From positions 43,608-107,607 of the forward strand of contig CAYUVA010000006.1 in the NCBI GenBank assembly GCA_964448115.1: DNA of 64,000 nucleotides, written 5' to 3'. The notes beneath the pieces were generated by a model that worked only from the letters and a program-made list of their open reading frames with translations, did no database searches and was not told where the DNA came from. This DNA is from an uncultured bacterium. Lineage in GTDB: Bacteria; CAYUVA01. Shown in pieces: positions 46,958 to 55,864 of the stretch (positions within the stretch are counted from its first letter, which is position 1; every line of letters begins with the position of its first letter). A program made the position numbers and the translations under genes.

Positions 46958-49243
46958 TTATCTACCTCCTTTTTGTCGAGATATCTCACGCTTGAGCACG
47001 GACAGATTACGCATAAGGTTTATATTGCGGGGATCTATATTCAAGGATAGCTCCCAGTGCTTTATTGCCTTATCATAGTCGCCGGTGATATAATAGATGT
47101 TGCCCAGATTGGCGTGTGCGTTTGCATCATTGAAATCATAGTTCAGGATCACCTGGTATTGGTCTAGCGCGGCGCGGTAATTGCCCATCTGGGTATATGC
47201 CACTGCCAGGTTGAAATGCGCTGACATAAGGTGGTAATCGAGACGAATAGCACGCTTGAAATAATCGATTGCTTTTGCGTATTCTTTCCTGTCGAGATGA
47301 ATATTTCCTAGATTGATCAATGCTTGGGTCATCTTTGGGTTTTTCTCGATCACCTGTTCATATAACCTTTGTGCAAGTTGCAGTTCTCCCTGCTCATAGG
47401 CTATATTGCCCATGATGAAGTAAGCCAGGTGAAGCTTGGGATTTCTCTGGATTGCCAACTGAAGGTGCTGCCATGCCCTGCTTTTTTGCTTAAGATGTGC
47501 ATATACCATGCCTAGTCCGAGCTGCTCGGCGCCGATAGTTCCTATTAAACTGGCATCGGATACTATCTCCTCAGCCTGCAGGTGGGCTTTGGCAGCCTTG
47601 CCTTCTTCGCCTGTATTGGCATAATAACCCGCCAGCAGGTAAAGATAGTTTGCCACAAGATTCTTCATGATAAAGTCGATATAGACTCGCTTATCATGCA
47701 GGTTCCTCAATCCAAAGACCATTTTCTTTTCTCCAAGCGCCCTGTACCAACCGTTCAGATCATAGCCTGAATCGACCACTCGGCAGGTGGCACCGTGATA
47801 AAGGTGCTGGTAACCATCGATAAAGTCGAGCGAGCGGGGGTATATATAAAAGACAGGCTTATGCCCCTGGCTAATCAGCTTCGCCTCTATGCGCAGGCGC
47901 TCTGCCGGGGGAAGCAAGAAGAAGTCATAACCACCTTGAAAGATGTATCCGTTGATATCCAGGATCTCGACATCCTGGCGCATCCTATTCACCATCTGCA
48001 TGTAAGCACAAATAAAGGCTGCGTTATCCCCTTCCACATGCAGCACGCAGCCTGGCGGAAGGTGCAATAAAAGCTCCCTGCCATAGTCGAAGGCGATGTA
48101 ATTGTCCTGGCGATGGGCTTTATAGTAATTATTTATGAGAATATAAATATTGAGTAAAATTGCGATTATTACTGCTGATAAAGCTATCCATCGCTTTTTT
48201 ATCCTATAAACCAGCCTTAACAGCCAGTTAAAGCCTACGGCAGCAAACATGCCCATTATCAAGTAGGATGGGATGAAGAAGGGATCGATCTCAGCCAGTC
48301 CCCTCGGCGAGGTGGGATACTTCAATATGAGCATGAATCCAACCGATGATACGAGATATAATACGAGCAGTAGGGTCATGGCTCTATTTCGCGTCTTTAT
48401 TACCTTATACAATCCGAGCAAAGACAATAATGTCCAGGGGAATGCCTGCCATAGAGAAGATTTGAGATACTCCTTCAATTGGCTGAGTAAAAGCGACCCG
48501 CTGAGAGGATTCTTACTCAGGGTGCCATACTGTCGGCGTACAACATGCTCGGTAAACTCGGTCATCGTGTCCGGGCTTCCCCAGTTGAGCGCTGGATGCG
48601 CCGATGATCGCAATGGAAGGTATAGATAAAGGCTAGCGCCAAGCATAATCAAACAAACAATTATCCAAAGGGTATTCATTCTCAAGGCACCTTTGCCCAT
48701 AAAGGGGATTATCAGCGCTACGATAGTAACAACTAAAACCATTGGGGCTGTATAATGATTGCCGATACCGATCGACATGAGGAAAAATCCTGCCAGGATG
48801 TATGGTTTTCTAGGTGCCCTGATTTCCCTCATGACAAAGTAAAGCCCTGCCATGATACTAAGAGCATTGATAGCATAGACCTCGGCGGTAACTGCATTGC
48901 TCCATATCGAGCTGAATGTCGATATAATAAGGGTGGATATTGCCGCAACCCTGGTCGATTTTACCAGCGCTTGAATGATTAGAAAAACGAAGCAGAGAGC
49001 TATTGACATAAAGGCTGCGTTGGCGACATTGCTCCGAAAGGCGATGTTGCCAAAGGGTAGCAACTGCCATGGCTTGACGGCAAGGCTGAACAGGGGGTAT
49101 CCTGGAGGGTGTGCGATGCCCAGGTAATGAGCTGCGGTGATAAGCTCGCCATTGTCGCCGATATAGACATTAGGGCAGGCAGTATTCAGGTAGAGCGCAA
49201 AAACGGCTAGACATAGTATTAACTCGTACTTCCTATTTTGCAC
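46958..49243 (-). CDS. DUF2723-family GT-C membrane glycosyltransferase with C-terminal TPR repeats (TMTC-like)
   Basis: The N-terminal motif NVYIGDNGELITAAHYLGIAHPPGYPLFSL is present. The C-terminal roughly 250 aa are TPR-like repeats. Confidence 0.65.
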   Translation of the reverse strand: MQNRKYELILCLAVFALYLNTACPNVYIGDNGELITAAHYLGIAHPPGYPLFSLAVKPWQLLPFGNIAFRSNVANAAFMSIALCFVFLIIQALVKSTRVAAISTLIISTFSSIWSNAVTAEVYAINALSIMAGLYFVMREIRAPRKPYILAGFFLMSIGIGNHYTAPMVLVVTIVALIIPFMGKGALRMNTLWIIVCLIMLGASLYLYLPLRSSAHPALNWGSPDTMTEFTEHVVRRQYGTLSKNPLSGSLLLSQLKEYLKSSLWQAFPWTLLSLLGLYKVIKTRNRAMTLLLVLYLVSSVGFMLILKYPTSPRGLAEIDPFFIPSYLIMGMFAAVGFNWLLRLVYRIKKRWIALSAVIIAILLNIYILINNYYKAHRQDNYIAFDYGRELLLHLPPGCVLHVEGDNAAFICAYMQMVNRMRQDVEILDINGYIFQGGYDFFLLPPAERLRIEAKLISQGHKPVFYIYPRSLDFIDGYQHLYHGATCRVVDSGYDLNGWYRALGEKKMVFGLRNLHDKRVYIDFIMKNLVANYLYLLAGYYANTGEEGKAAKAHLQAEEIVSDASLIGTIGAEQLGLGMVYAHLKQKSRAWQHLQLAIQRNPKLHLAYFIMGNIAYEQGELQLAQRLYEQVIEKNPKMTQALINLGNIHLDRKEYAKAIDYFKRAIRLDYHLMSAHFNLAVAYTQMGNYRAALDQYQVILNYDFNDANAHANLGNIYYITGDYDKAIKHWELSLNIDPRNINLMRNLSVLKREISRQKGGR

Positions 49244-49308
49244 CTCGCACCATCTTTCTTACTTGTATCCTCTGTATCTCGGTGGTTATCTTCTCTTTAT
49301 TGGTCTTT

Positions 49309-49333
49309 TCTTTGTGTCCTTGTGCCTTTGTGG
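49309..49333. repeat. Copy of octamer-repeat motif TCTTTGTGTCCTTGTGCCTTTGTGG
   Basis: Same motif family as 1621-1668. Confidence 0.5.
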
Positions 49334-49363
49334 TTAACCAATCCTAGTGCATCAAGCCTATAC

Positions 49364-50890
49364 TCACCCGCCGAAGTCCACTCGTTGCACCTGCAGGGCA
49401 GCGCGCCTTGCTGGAGATAAGCGATTCTTAAAGCGACGCAATACGAAATATATCCAGCGATGTCTCATTGGGCGCACTAACTTCCAGTAGGCAGCATAGA
49501 CCGTGTAGTAATAAAGGTAAAAGCTCGCCTTGCGAAAGCGACTCCTGGGATTTGCATTCCAGAATCGAATCAGAAAGTAAGGAGTTCTGGGGATGATGCG
49601 CAGGATTCGGTTCAGGTAATTCGGCTCATAACACCAGAACTCCCTGGTGAAGACCTCATTGAGCCTTTCTTGCGGTATCCCTTCCTGGCGCGCCCTTTTT
49701 TCTAGTTGGGTGGCAGGGTAGAACATAAGGTGGGTGATCCCCAGGAAATAGGGCTTTTTAACCTTGGTTACCAGGTCGATGGTCTGTTGTGTATCCTCCT
49801 CGGACTCCCAGGGGCAGTCGGTAATGATATCGAGCCGAAGATCGAGTATGCGATCTCTGTACCTGTCAATAATTTCCATCACTTTCAGGAACTTTTTTCG
49901 GGAGGAATGTCGGTTGTATATATGCCTGGCTATGCGGTCGCTTCCGGTCTCCAGTCCAAGGTGAATGCCGACCAGTCCGGCATCGACCAGCAGGGCTAGC
50001 TTATCCTCCTTGATGGAGTTAGGATTTGACCAGCAAAAAAATGGCATATTTACCCGTTTCTTGTATTCCTCAGCAAAGCGCACCATCCATTCTTTTTTAT
50101 GAAACAAAAAGCTATCGTCCATGAAGACGAAAGCCTCGACAAAGGGAAGCCTATGTTTGATATCCTCAAGCTCGGTGATGAAGTTCTCGGCAGACCTTTC
50201 CCGCAAATACCTTCCGCCAGCAAGGCTATTGAAGAAGGAATTCAGGCAGTACGTACAGGAATACGGACAGCCGCGACTGGAGATGACATAGTGCAACCTC
50301 ACCGTTCCGGGGTATGTTCTTTCCATTATCTCCAGGCTCATGGGCACAATTTTCCCCCTGATTTGTATGAAATGATCCCGGTAGTCATAATCGGGGAATT
50401 CAAAGATATCGAGGTTACCGATTCGGTCCCTAGGCTCGTTTTTATGGATCACCCCGTCCTTTCTTACCCAGAGGTTGGGTATCTTGCGGTAGTCTTTTCC
50501 ATCCCTGATCGCCTCGGCAAGCTCGACCATAGGAAGCTCACCCTCCAGCACGCAGTTTATATCGACATGCTCCATGGAGACTTCAGGGAATGAGGTGGCA
50601 TGGACCCCTCCCCAGACAATAGGTGCATGGTTTACCTCTTTAATCCGCCTGGTGATGGCCACCCCCCTGGGGACATGACTGGACATGAGGCTGACACCGA
50701 TAAGGCCAGGCTTCTGCTCCCTTATCCAGCCAGCGATCTCGTCCAGCTCCAGCTCACTCTCCATGTCATGATGCTCCCTGACCAGGAAAAGGATGCTGGT
50801 GTCGAAGCCTGCTTTCTTGAGCATGGCAGCGATATACCTTATACCAAAGGCGACCAGGGTGTTTTCAAGGCTGATCAGGAGTACCTTCAT
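49364..50890 (-). CDS. B12-binding-domain radical SAM protein
   Basis: The N-terminal cobalamin-binding fold is present, followed by SSRGCPYSCTYC (CxxxCxxC). Confidence 0.75.
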   Translation of the reverse strand: MKVLLISLENTLVAFGIRYIAAMLKKAGFDTSILFLVREHHDMESELELDEIAGWIREQKPGLIGVSLMSSHVPRGVAITRRIKEVNHAPIVWGGVHATSFPEVSMEHVDINCVLEGELPMVELAEAIRDGKDYRKIPNLWVRKDGVIHKNEPRDRIGNLDIFEFPDYDYRDHFIQIRGKIVPMSLEIMERTYPGTVRLHYVISSRGCPYSCTYCLNSFFNSLAGGRYLRERSAENFITELEDIKHRLPFVEAFVFMDDSFLFHKKEWMVRFAEEYKKRVNMPFFCWSNPNSIKEDKLALLVDAGLVGIHLGLETGSDRIARHIYNRHSSRKKFLKVMEIIDRYRDRILDLRLDIITDCPWESEEDTQQTIDLVTKVKKPYFLGITHLMFYPATQLEKRARQEGIPQERLNEVFTREFWCYEPNYLNRILRIIPRTPYFLIRFWNANPRSRFRKASFYLYYYTVYAAYWKLVRPMRHRWIYFVLRRFKNRLSPARRAALQVQRVDFGG

Positions 50891-51771
50891 GATTCCTTTT
50901 TTCTTAAAAGCAGATATTCACCGGCAGGTATTCGATAGCATATTCGAGCCAGGTTCTCCATCCTATCGAGCATCCTGTAGCCTCTTTCATACTTGCCTGC
51001 CAGCCTGGTTAGCAGCTTTCTCATCGGTCCAACTATGTTTATGAAAGCAATGGGATATCGCTGCAATAACCTTAATCCGCTGCTATCGATCTTTGTTTCA
51101 ATGCCTCGTGGAGTAAAGAATCGATAATATTGAAGCTTCTCGGAAAAGCTCAAGTAGTGTTTCAACCGCACCGGTTCGCCCCAATGCTTAGGGCTTTGCC
51201 CGAAGAGGAGGTAGGTGAAGAAAGATAGGCTATATTTTCTCGGATATGCCAGTAGCATGTAACCACTGGGTTTCATAACAGAGGCGAGATTGCTCAACAC
51301 GGCAGCCGGATCATCCAGGTGCTCGATAACACCAAAAAAATGTACCATGTCAACCTGGGGGATATCTAGCTTTGCTGCCTCTTCCAGGTCGCCAAGGATA
51401 GGCTTGAAGCGGTCGTTGAATCCCAGGCTCTGTGCCCTGGATTGAGCTGCTTTAAGCATCGCCTCGCTCATATCCAAGCCATAAATAGCGCTTGCGCCTA
51501 ATTGTGCGTATATCTGGGAAAATTGTCCGTTTCCGCACCCGGCATCGAGGACGCTGAATCCACTGCCTTGAAAACATCTAGCTGTGAAATGGAGCAAGGG
51601 GGCGTACATAAAGCGCATATAATTCCAGTGATCGTAGGATGGCTGCGTGATAATGCCATCAAGCTTAATGATGCCATAAGAACCCGCGATACGCGAATGG
51701 GCGGTTATTATGTCTTGCTTGATCGATCCCATGGACTGTCGAATCCCCCAAAATCCATTATAGACTCTCAT
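50887..51771 (-). CDS. Class I SAM-dependent methyltransferase
   Basis: Motif I VLDAGCGNGQFS is present. Confidence 0.7.
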   Translation of the reverse strand: MRVYNGFWGIRQSMGSIKQDIITAHSRIAGSYGIIKLDGIITQPSYDHWNYMRFMYAPLLHFTARCFQGSGFSVLDAGCGNGQFSQIYAQLGASAIYGLDMSEAMLKAAQSRAQSLGFNDRFKPILGDLEEAAKLDIPQVDMVHFFGVIEHLDDPAAVLSNLASVMKPSGYMLLAYPRKYSLSFFTYLLFGQSPKHWGEPVRLKHYLSFSEKLQYYRFFTPRGIETKIDSSGLRLLQRYPIAFINIVGPMRKLLTRLAGKYERGYRMLDRMENLARICYRIPAGEYLLLRKKES

Positions 51772-51874
51772 TATCTATCCTAAATACCAATAAATATCAA
51801 TATACACATATCTCCGGGTCTCGGTAAACTAAATTCGATTTGAAAAAGTGTTAAAGTACCATTACCATTGAGTC

Positions 51875-53320
51875 ATGGATTCAATATCGGTAACTTCTTA
51901 CCGCATAGAAAAGGGAGGGTATAAGTTGAGAATACGGGTGTTCTTTTTAATCATTTTAGCTTTCTTGGTTGGGGCTCAAAGCGCTTCAGCCAATCCTTAT
52001 GATGTTTTCAGCTATGACTCGCGCAGCGCAGCCATGGGGAGTGCATTCGTAGCGATGAGTGATAGCCTGGCTGCGCCATACTTCAATCCAGCACTGCTAA
52101 TGTCCGATGGCAAAGCGGACTGCGGCGTTAGCTACTTCAGCTCTTATCCATCGCTCGACTTTCAGGTCATCGGTGAGAATAGCTACATGGATCCTGATAT
52201 CGATGGAAATATCATCGAGAGGAACCAGCGACTGGCAGAGGAAGCCAGGGATGTTGAGTCGGTAACTGGCTACAGCCTGGTCATTACATCTCCTTTAAGC
52301 GAAAGGATCTCTGCCGGCGTTGCCATCCACCTGCCAAAGCACAGGATTATCAGGGAGCGCTTCCAACTGCCCACCAAGCCATTTTATCTCGATTATGACA
52401 ATCGTTGCCAGCGTCTTGTGGTTCTTCCCAGCCTGGCATATAAAGTCAACCAAAGACTGAGCGTTGGCGCTTCGGTATCCCTTCTTTCCGATACAACGGG
52501 AGTAATAGTCGGCGATGTGCCACTAGGTGACGAAAACAAGATAGTAGAGATAAGCACCGACCTTTCACTCGATCTCATCATGGCTGGTATATACGGCTTG
52601 CATTATCGTTTCTCCGACAAGTGGTCTGTAGGCGCAGCCTACCATGAGAAGATGTACCTTTGGGTCTCGACCCACCAGGATATAACCTCCACCATCGGCA
52701 CCGTACCGATCAGCATACCGCTCGATGTCAAGTCTGTAACCCTATTCCAGCCGGCACAGTGGATCATCGGCTCGGCATGGACTCCGAGCCAACGATTCTC
52801 CATGGGGTTCGATTTGGCTTATGTGGTCTGGCATGAATATATTCCGCCATTCCCGGAGATAGATATAGACTTCAGCGATGTAGAGGAACTTGCCGAGCTA
52901 CCCAAGGTGCTGGATATCCACGATCCCTTGATCAAGAAATACTGGGACTTCAAGGATACAATAGTTCCTCGCATGGGCTGGGAGTACGCAGTGAACGATT
53001 TATTAACTCTACGATGGGGATATACATTCGATCCCTCGCCGGTGCCCAAGCAGGATGGCATGGTAACCATTTTAGACGAGGATACCCATATCTTAAACGG
53101 CGGATTCGGATTAAAGCTGAGCAAGAATCTCACTGTTGATATGCATGCACAGTTCTTTTATATGCCAAATTACAAGGTAACTAAAGATCCTGATATGTTC
53201 GAGGACGAGGTCTCGGATAACACTCGTCCTGGAAAGCAGATCTTCAATCCGGCATTTCCATCCTTCGAGGCGGGGGGAAGTATCCTGAGCCTGGGAGCAT
53301 CCTTGATGTTCCGATTTTAA
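51875..53320 (+). CDS. Outer-membrane transporter, OMPP1/FadL/TodX family (likely true start TTG at 51927 after GGAGGG)
   Basis: The signal peptide ...FLVGAQSASA is present, as are the N-terminal hatch motif ...SLAAPYFNPALL and a C-terminal Phe. Confidence 0.6.
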   Translation: MDSISVTSYRIEKGGYKLRIRVFFLIILAFLVGAQSASANPYDVFSYDSRSAAMGSAFVAMSDSLAAPYFNPALLMSDGKADCGVSYFSSYPSLDFQVIGENSYMDPDIDGNIIERNQRLAEEARDVESVTGYSLVITSPLSERISAGVAIHLPKHRIIRERFQLPTKPFYLDYDNRCQRLVVLPSLAYKVNQRLSVGASVSLLSDTTGVIVGDVPLGDENKIVEISTDLSLDLIMAGIYGLHYRFSDKWSVGAAYHEKMYLWVSTHQDITSTIGTVPISIPLDVKSVTLFQPAQWIIGSAWTPSQRFSMGFDLAYVVWHEYIPPFPEIDIDFSDVEELAELPKVLDIHDPLIKKYWDFKDTIVPRMGWEYAVNDLLTLRWGYTFDPSPVPKQDGMVTILDEDTHILNGGFGLKLSKNLTVDMHAQFFYMPNYKVTKDPDMFEDEVSDNTRPGKQIFNPAFPSFEAGGSILSLGASLMFRF

Positions 53321-53348
53321 TGTCCTTGATCGTAAGGCTTGAGGATCT

Positions 53349-53365
53349 CCCGACAAAGTCGGGAC
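53349..53365 (+). terminator. Hairpin TCCCGAC-AAA-GTCGGGA after the FadL-like gene
   Basis: A 7-bp stem. The downstream tract is only moderately T-rich. Confidence 0.35.
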
Positions 53366-53403
53366 CACTTCTTCTGGGCAAGGAAGGATTACCACTCCCT
53401 TAC

Positions 53404-53500
53404 GGTCGTGGCTCTGATTTTGCTATCTTTGTGCCTTTGTGATTTAATAATCATCGAATTTCGCACTCTTTCTTCTTTTCGCCTTTGCGTGTTTGCGTGA
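53404..53500. repeat. Composite repeat: GTCGTGGCTCTGATTTT + CTTTGTGCCTTTGTGA (53427-53442) + CTTTGCGTGTTTGCGTGA (53483-53500)
   Basis: It matches motifs at 1621-1668 (15 of 15 nt CTTTGCGTGTTTGCG) and the GGCTCGGAT family. Confidence 0.5.
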
Positions 53501-53823
53501 GATCTGCGGCTGGTGACGAAGATTTTTGGAGGCGGCACCCCCCAAGAGCCGAGTTATAAGCAATATCAATTATTATTAACTAATTAAAATCTTCAATTAT
53601 ATCAATGAGTTATCCCCCTTGTGTGCCATTTTGGCACGATATATTTGTGGTGAACTCTCCTGAGTGAGGATCCTCGGAAGAGGTTTTTAAAAAAATACTT
53701 CTTTAATATCAAGGAGATATCCTAAATAGATCAATTAGCAACCCTCTTTTTGGGCTTTTAAACTTGAGTCGATCCACGAAGATTTCGAGCAAAACCACCT
53801 AAAAAATCAAATAGTTAAGTCAT

Positions 53824-53841
53824 ATGTTCCACATGGAACAT
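53824..53841. promoter_or_regulatory. Perfect palindrome ATGTTCCA-CA-TGGAACAT in the long AT-rich intergenic region
   Basis: Read directly. Confidence 0.25.
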
Positions 53842-54142
53842 TAATTCATTTTTTGACAAAGCTCCTGTTTGCGCGATCTAGTTTTAAAAAATAGCAGTGG
53901 CACTCGGATCCTCAAATTTTAACCCTATAAATATTGGCTTAAAAGGGTGGTTTATATGCCCTATTTAGGCAATTATACTTATCAAATAGCCTGATATCGG
54001 GTATAATGTAGAATAATTGGATCTTTAGGAGGGTGGTTTTCGGATTCGCCTTTTTGAAGCTGCTATGAAAAGATTACCACTCGATTATCCCGACCATAAG
54101 GGAGTGGTCAAAGACAGACCGCTCATCGCGATTTAATCGGGA

Positions 54143-54187
54143 CTCACGGCTCGGATTTTTTCCCTTATCACTCTATCACTTCATTTC
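54143..54187. repeat. Repeat copy CTCACGGCTCGGATTTTTTCCCTTATCACTCTATCACTTCATTTC (homolog of 7233-7290; GGCTCGGAT core)
   Basis: Aligned by eye to the nuoA-nuoH spacer copy. Confidence 0.5.
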
Positions 54188-54264
54188 TTGACTACGATAG
54201 ACTATTTTACTATCAATGAGAGGGTTCAGCGGTAATTTATCCGCCTTTATATGGGTATTGAAGC

Positions 54265-54873
54265 ATGAAGGTTACCGATTATAACTACTATAAGATCCTT
54301 GGCGTAAATCAGAACGCCTCGCCGGATGAAATCAGAAGCGCCTTCAGGTTCATCTCCAAGCGCCACCGACCATCTGCCGATGAAGAAAAATACGAAGAAG
54401 AGACCCCAATAGAGGAAAAACTGCAATTCGTAAAGGCGCACCTGGCTTATGATATCTTAAGCGATGAGGATAAAAGGAGGGAACATGACGAATTTCTTAG
54501 ACGAATCGCCAATAAAGAACAGCTCATTGAACAGGCGGACAAACAAAGGCGAATAAAAGAAGTCAAGCAGGGTGAGGATGCCGGCGCTCAAGGGATCGAA
54601 ATCCTGCTGCTAAAGGGCGAACTTTTCCAGATAATAAGCCGCCAAAGGCGAAAGTTCTTCGAGCTTCTTAAGGAAAAGGCTGAACAGTTGGATATATTCG
54701 AGCTAATCGATTATATAACCGAGCTTGAGGAGACCACGGTGGAAAGAGAGCGAGAATACCTATCCGAATCGCTCAAGGCACCAGTGGATTACACAGGATA
54801 TCGAGTGGATCCGGAAGCTAAGAAATTGAGATATGATAAAGCATTAGCCATTATCAAAGAGCTGACCTGGTAA
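54265..54873 (+). CDS. J-domain-like protein with degenerate HPD motif and charged coiled-coil C-terminus
   Basis: The N-terminal sequence is YYKILGVNQNASPDEIRSAFRFISKRHRPSAD...AYDILSDEDKRREHD. HPD is replaced by HRP...SAD. Confidence 0.5.
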   Translation: MKVTDYNYYKILGVNQNASPDEIRSAFRFISKRHRPSADEEKYEEETPIEEKLQFVKAHLAYDILSDEDKRREHDEFLRRIANKEQLIEQADKQRRIKEVKQGEDAGAQGIEILLLKGELFQIISRQRRKFFELLKEKAEQLDIFELIDYITELEETTVEREREYLSESLKAPVDYTGYRVDPEAKKLRYDKALAIIKELTW

Positions 54874-54877
54874 CTTA

Positions 54878-55849
54878 TTGAAGACATTGAGCATAAGTAT
54901 AGAGGAAATCAATGGCGCTATCGAGGTAAAAAGATTGCTCACCGCTAAAGCGCTATACTCGGGCGACCTGTTCGTGCTCCAGGAATACTACCGTCGCCCC
55001 TTTGAACGGTTCGATGAATATACCAGGCACTTGGTCCCTCCCAAGAATATTCTTGAAGATCCTGAATTCGAGAGGATATACAACTCGGTACCCATTGAGC
55101 ATCTTGAGTCTGATGTGCCTTATGCGACCGTGCTCGAAGAGGTCGGTTTTCAGGCTATACGGCTCGGAAAGCTCTCCTATGCAGCCAAGTGCTTTGAGAT
55201 GATAAACAACACCGAGGGATACTTCGATGTTTTCACTCAGGTGGGCGAAGATCTTATAAATCTAGGCGATATAATGGGAGGTGGCAAGGCATGGGTGATC
55301 GCCTCGGCGATCAGGGACCCGGTGCTCAAAGTCCAGTATAAAGCCATAGAAAGACATCGCAATTGCCTGCAAAAGCCCTTCAATTGTATAGACAAGATCA
55401 AGCCGGACAACTGGATAAAGTCGGGAATAACTTACCTGCTCAACGATATCAAGATGCCCCAGGTGCAGGATCTTGCTCCCCAGAGGGCTGCCGAGCTGTT
55501 TCGCTTCCTGTGTCTCTTTCGTGATTATAACTTCGATGAGCTTCTGGATAATCTTACCAGGGCTGCGGACTATGTGCTCTCCAAGAGTAGTTTTACCAAA
55601 GAGGATTACCAGAGGGTACAAGACATGATACTCGGCTTTGATAGCAGCAACCAAAGCCTCGACTTCAACCTTGCCGATCTCGCCTTGGAGCATCCAGCGG
55701 GAGCGCTGTTGGTTTGTCCCCTGCGATACGAGGATGAGTATTACCTGTTCCCTATCCTGGTCAAAAATAAGCCCTTATTCAAGGTAGTTGAGTTGCACAA
55801 GGCTTTGACATTCAGGGCTAGCCTGCCCGAATCGAATCAGCGTGAATAA
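54878..55849 (+). CDS. Hypothetical protein (323 aa)
   Basis: ORF between the J-like gene and the radical SAM gene. No family recognised. Confidence 0.5.
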   Translation: MKTLSISIEEINGAIEVKRLLTAKALYSGDLFVLQEYYRRPFERFDEYTRHLVPPKNILEDPEFERIYNSVPIEHLESDVPYATVLEEVGFQAIRLGKLSYAAKCFEMINNTEGYFDVFTQVGEDLINLGDIMGGGKAWVIASAIRDPVLKVQYKAIERHRNCLQKPFNCIDKIKPDNWIKSGITYLLNDIKMPQVQDLAPQRAAELFRFLCLFRDYNFDELLDNLTRAADYVLSKSSFTKEDYQRVQDMILGFDSSNQSLDFNLADLALEHPAGALLVCPLRYEDEYYLFPILVKNKPLFKVVELHKALTFRASLPESNQRE

Positions 55850-55864
55850 TCGCCATACTCACTT

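Noticed and set aside
53611-53631. TGGCACGATATATTTGT looked like a sigma54 (-24/-12) promoter.
   Set aside because: The spacing between GG and the downstream element is off by 2 nt, and the -12 is TTTGT rather than TTGC. It is better described as part of a TGTGCCA-N4-TGGCACA-like palindrome.
54065-54139. A 24-codon ORF was considered as a possible precursor peptide for the radical SAM/SPASM enzyme.
   Set aside because: It lies inside repeat DNA on the far side of two genes, has a weak SD, and has no Cys- or Gly-rich core. It is kept only as a weak candidate.
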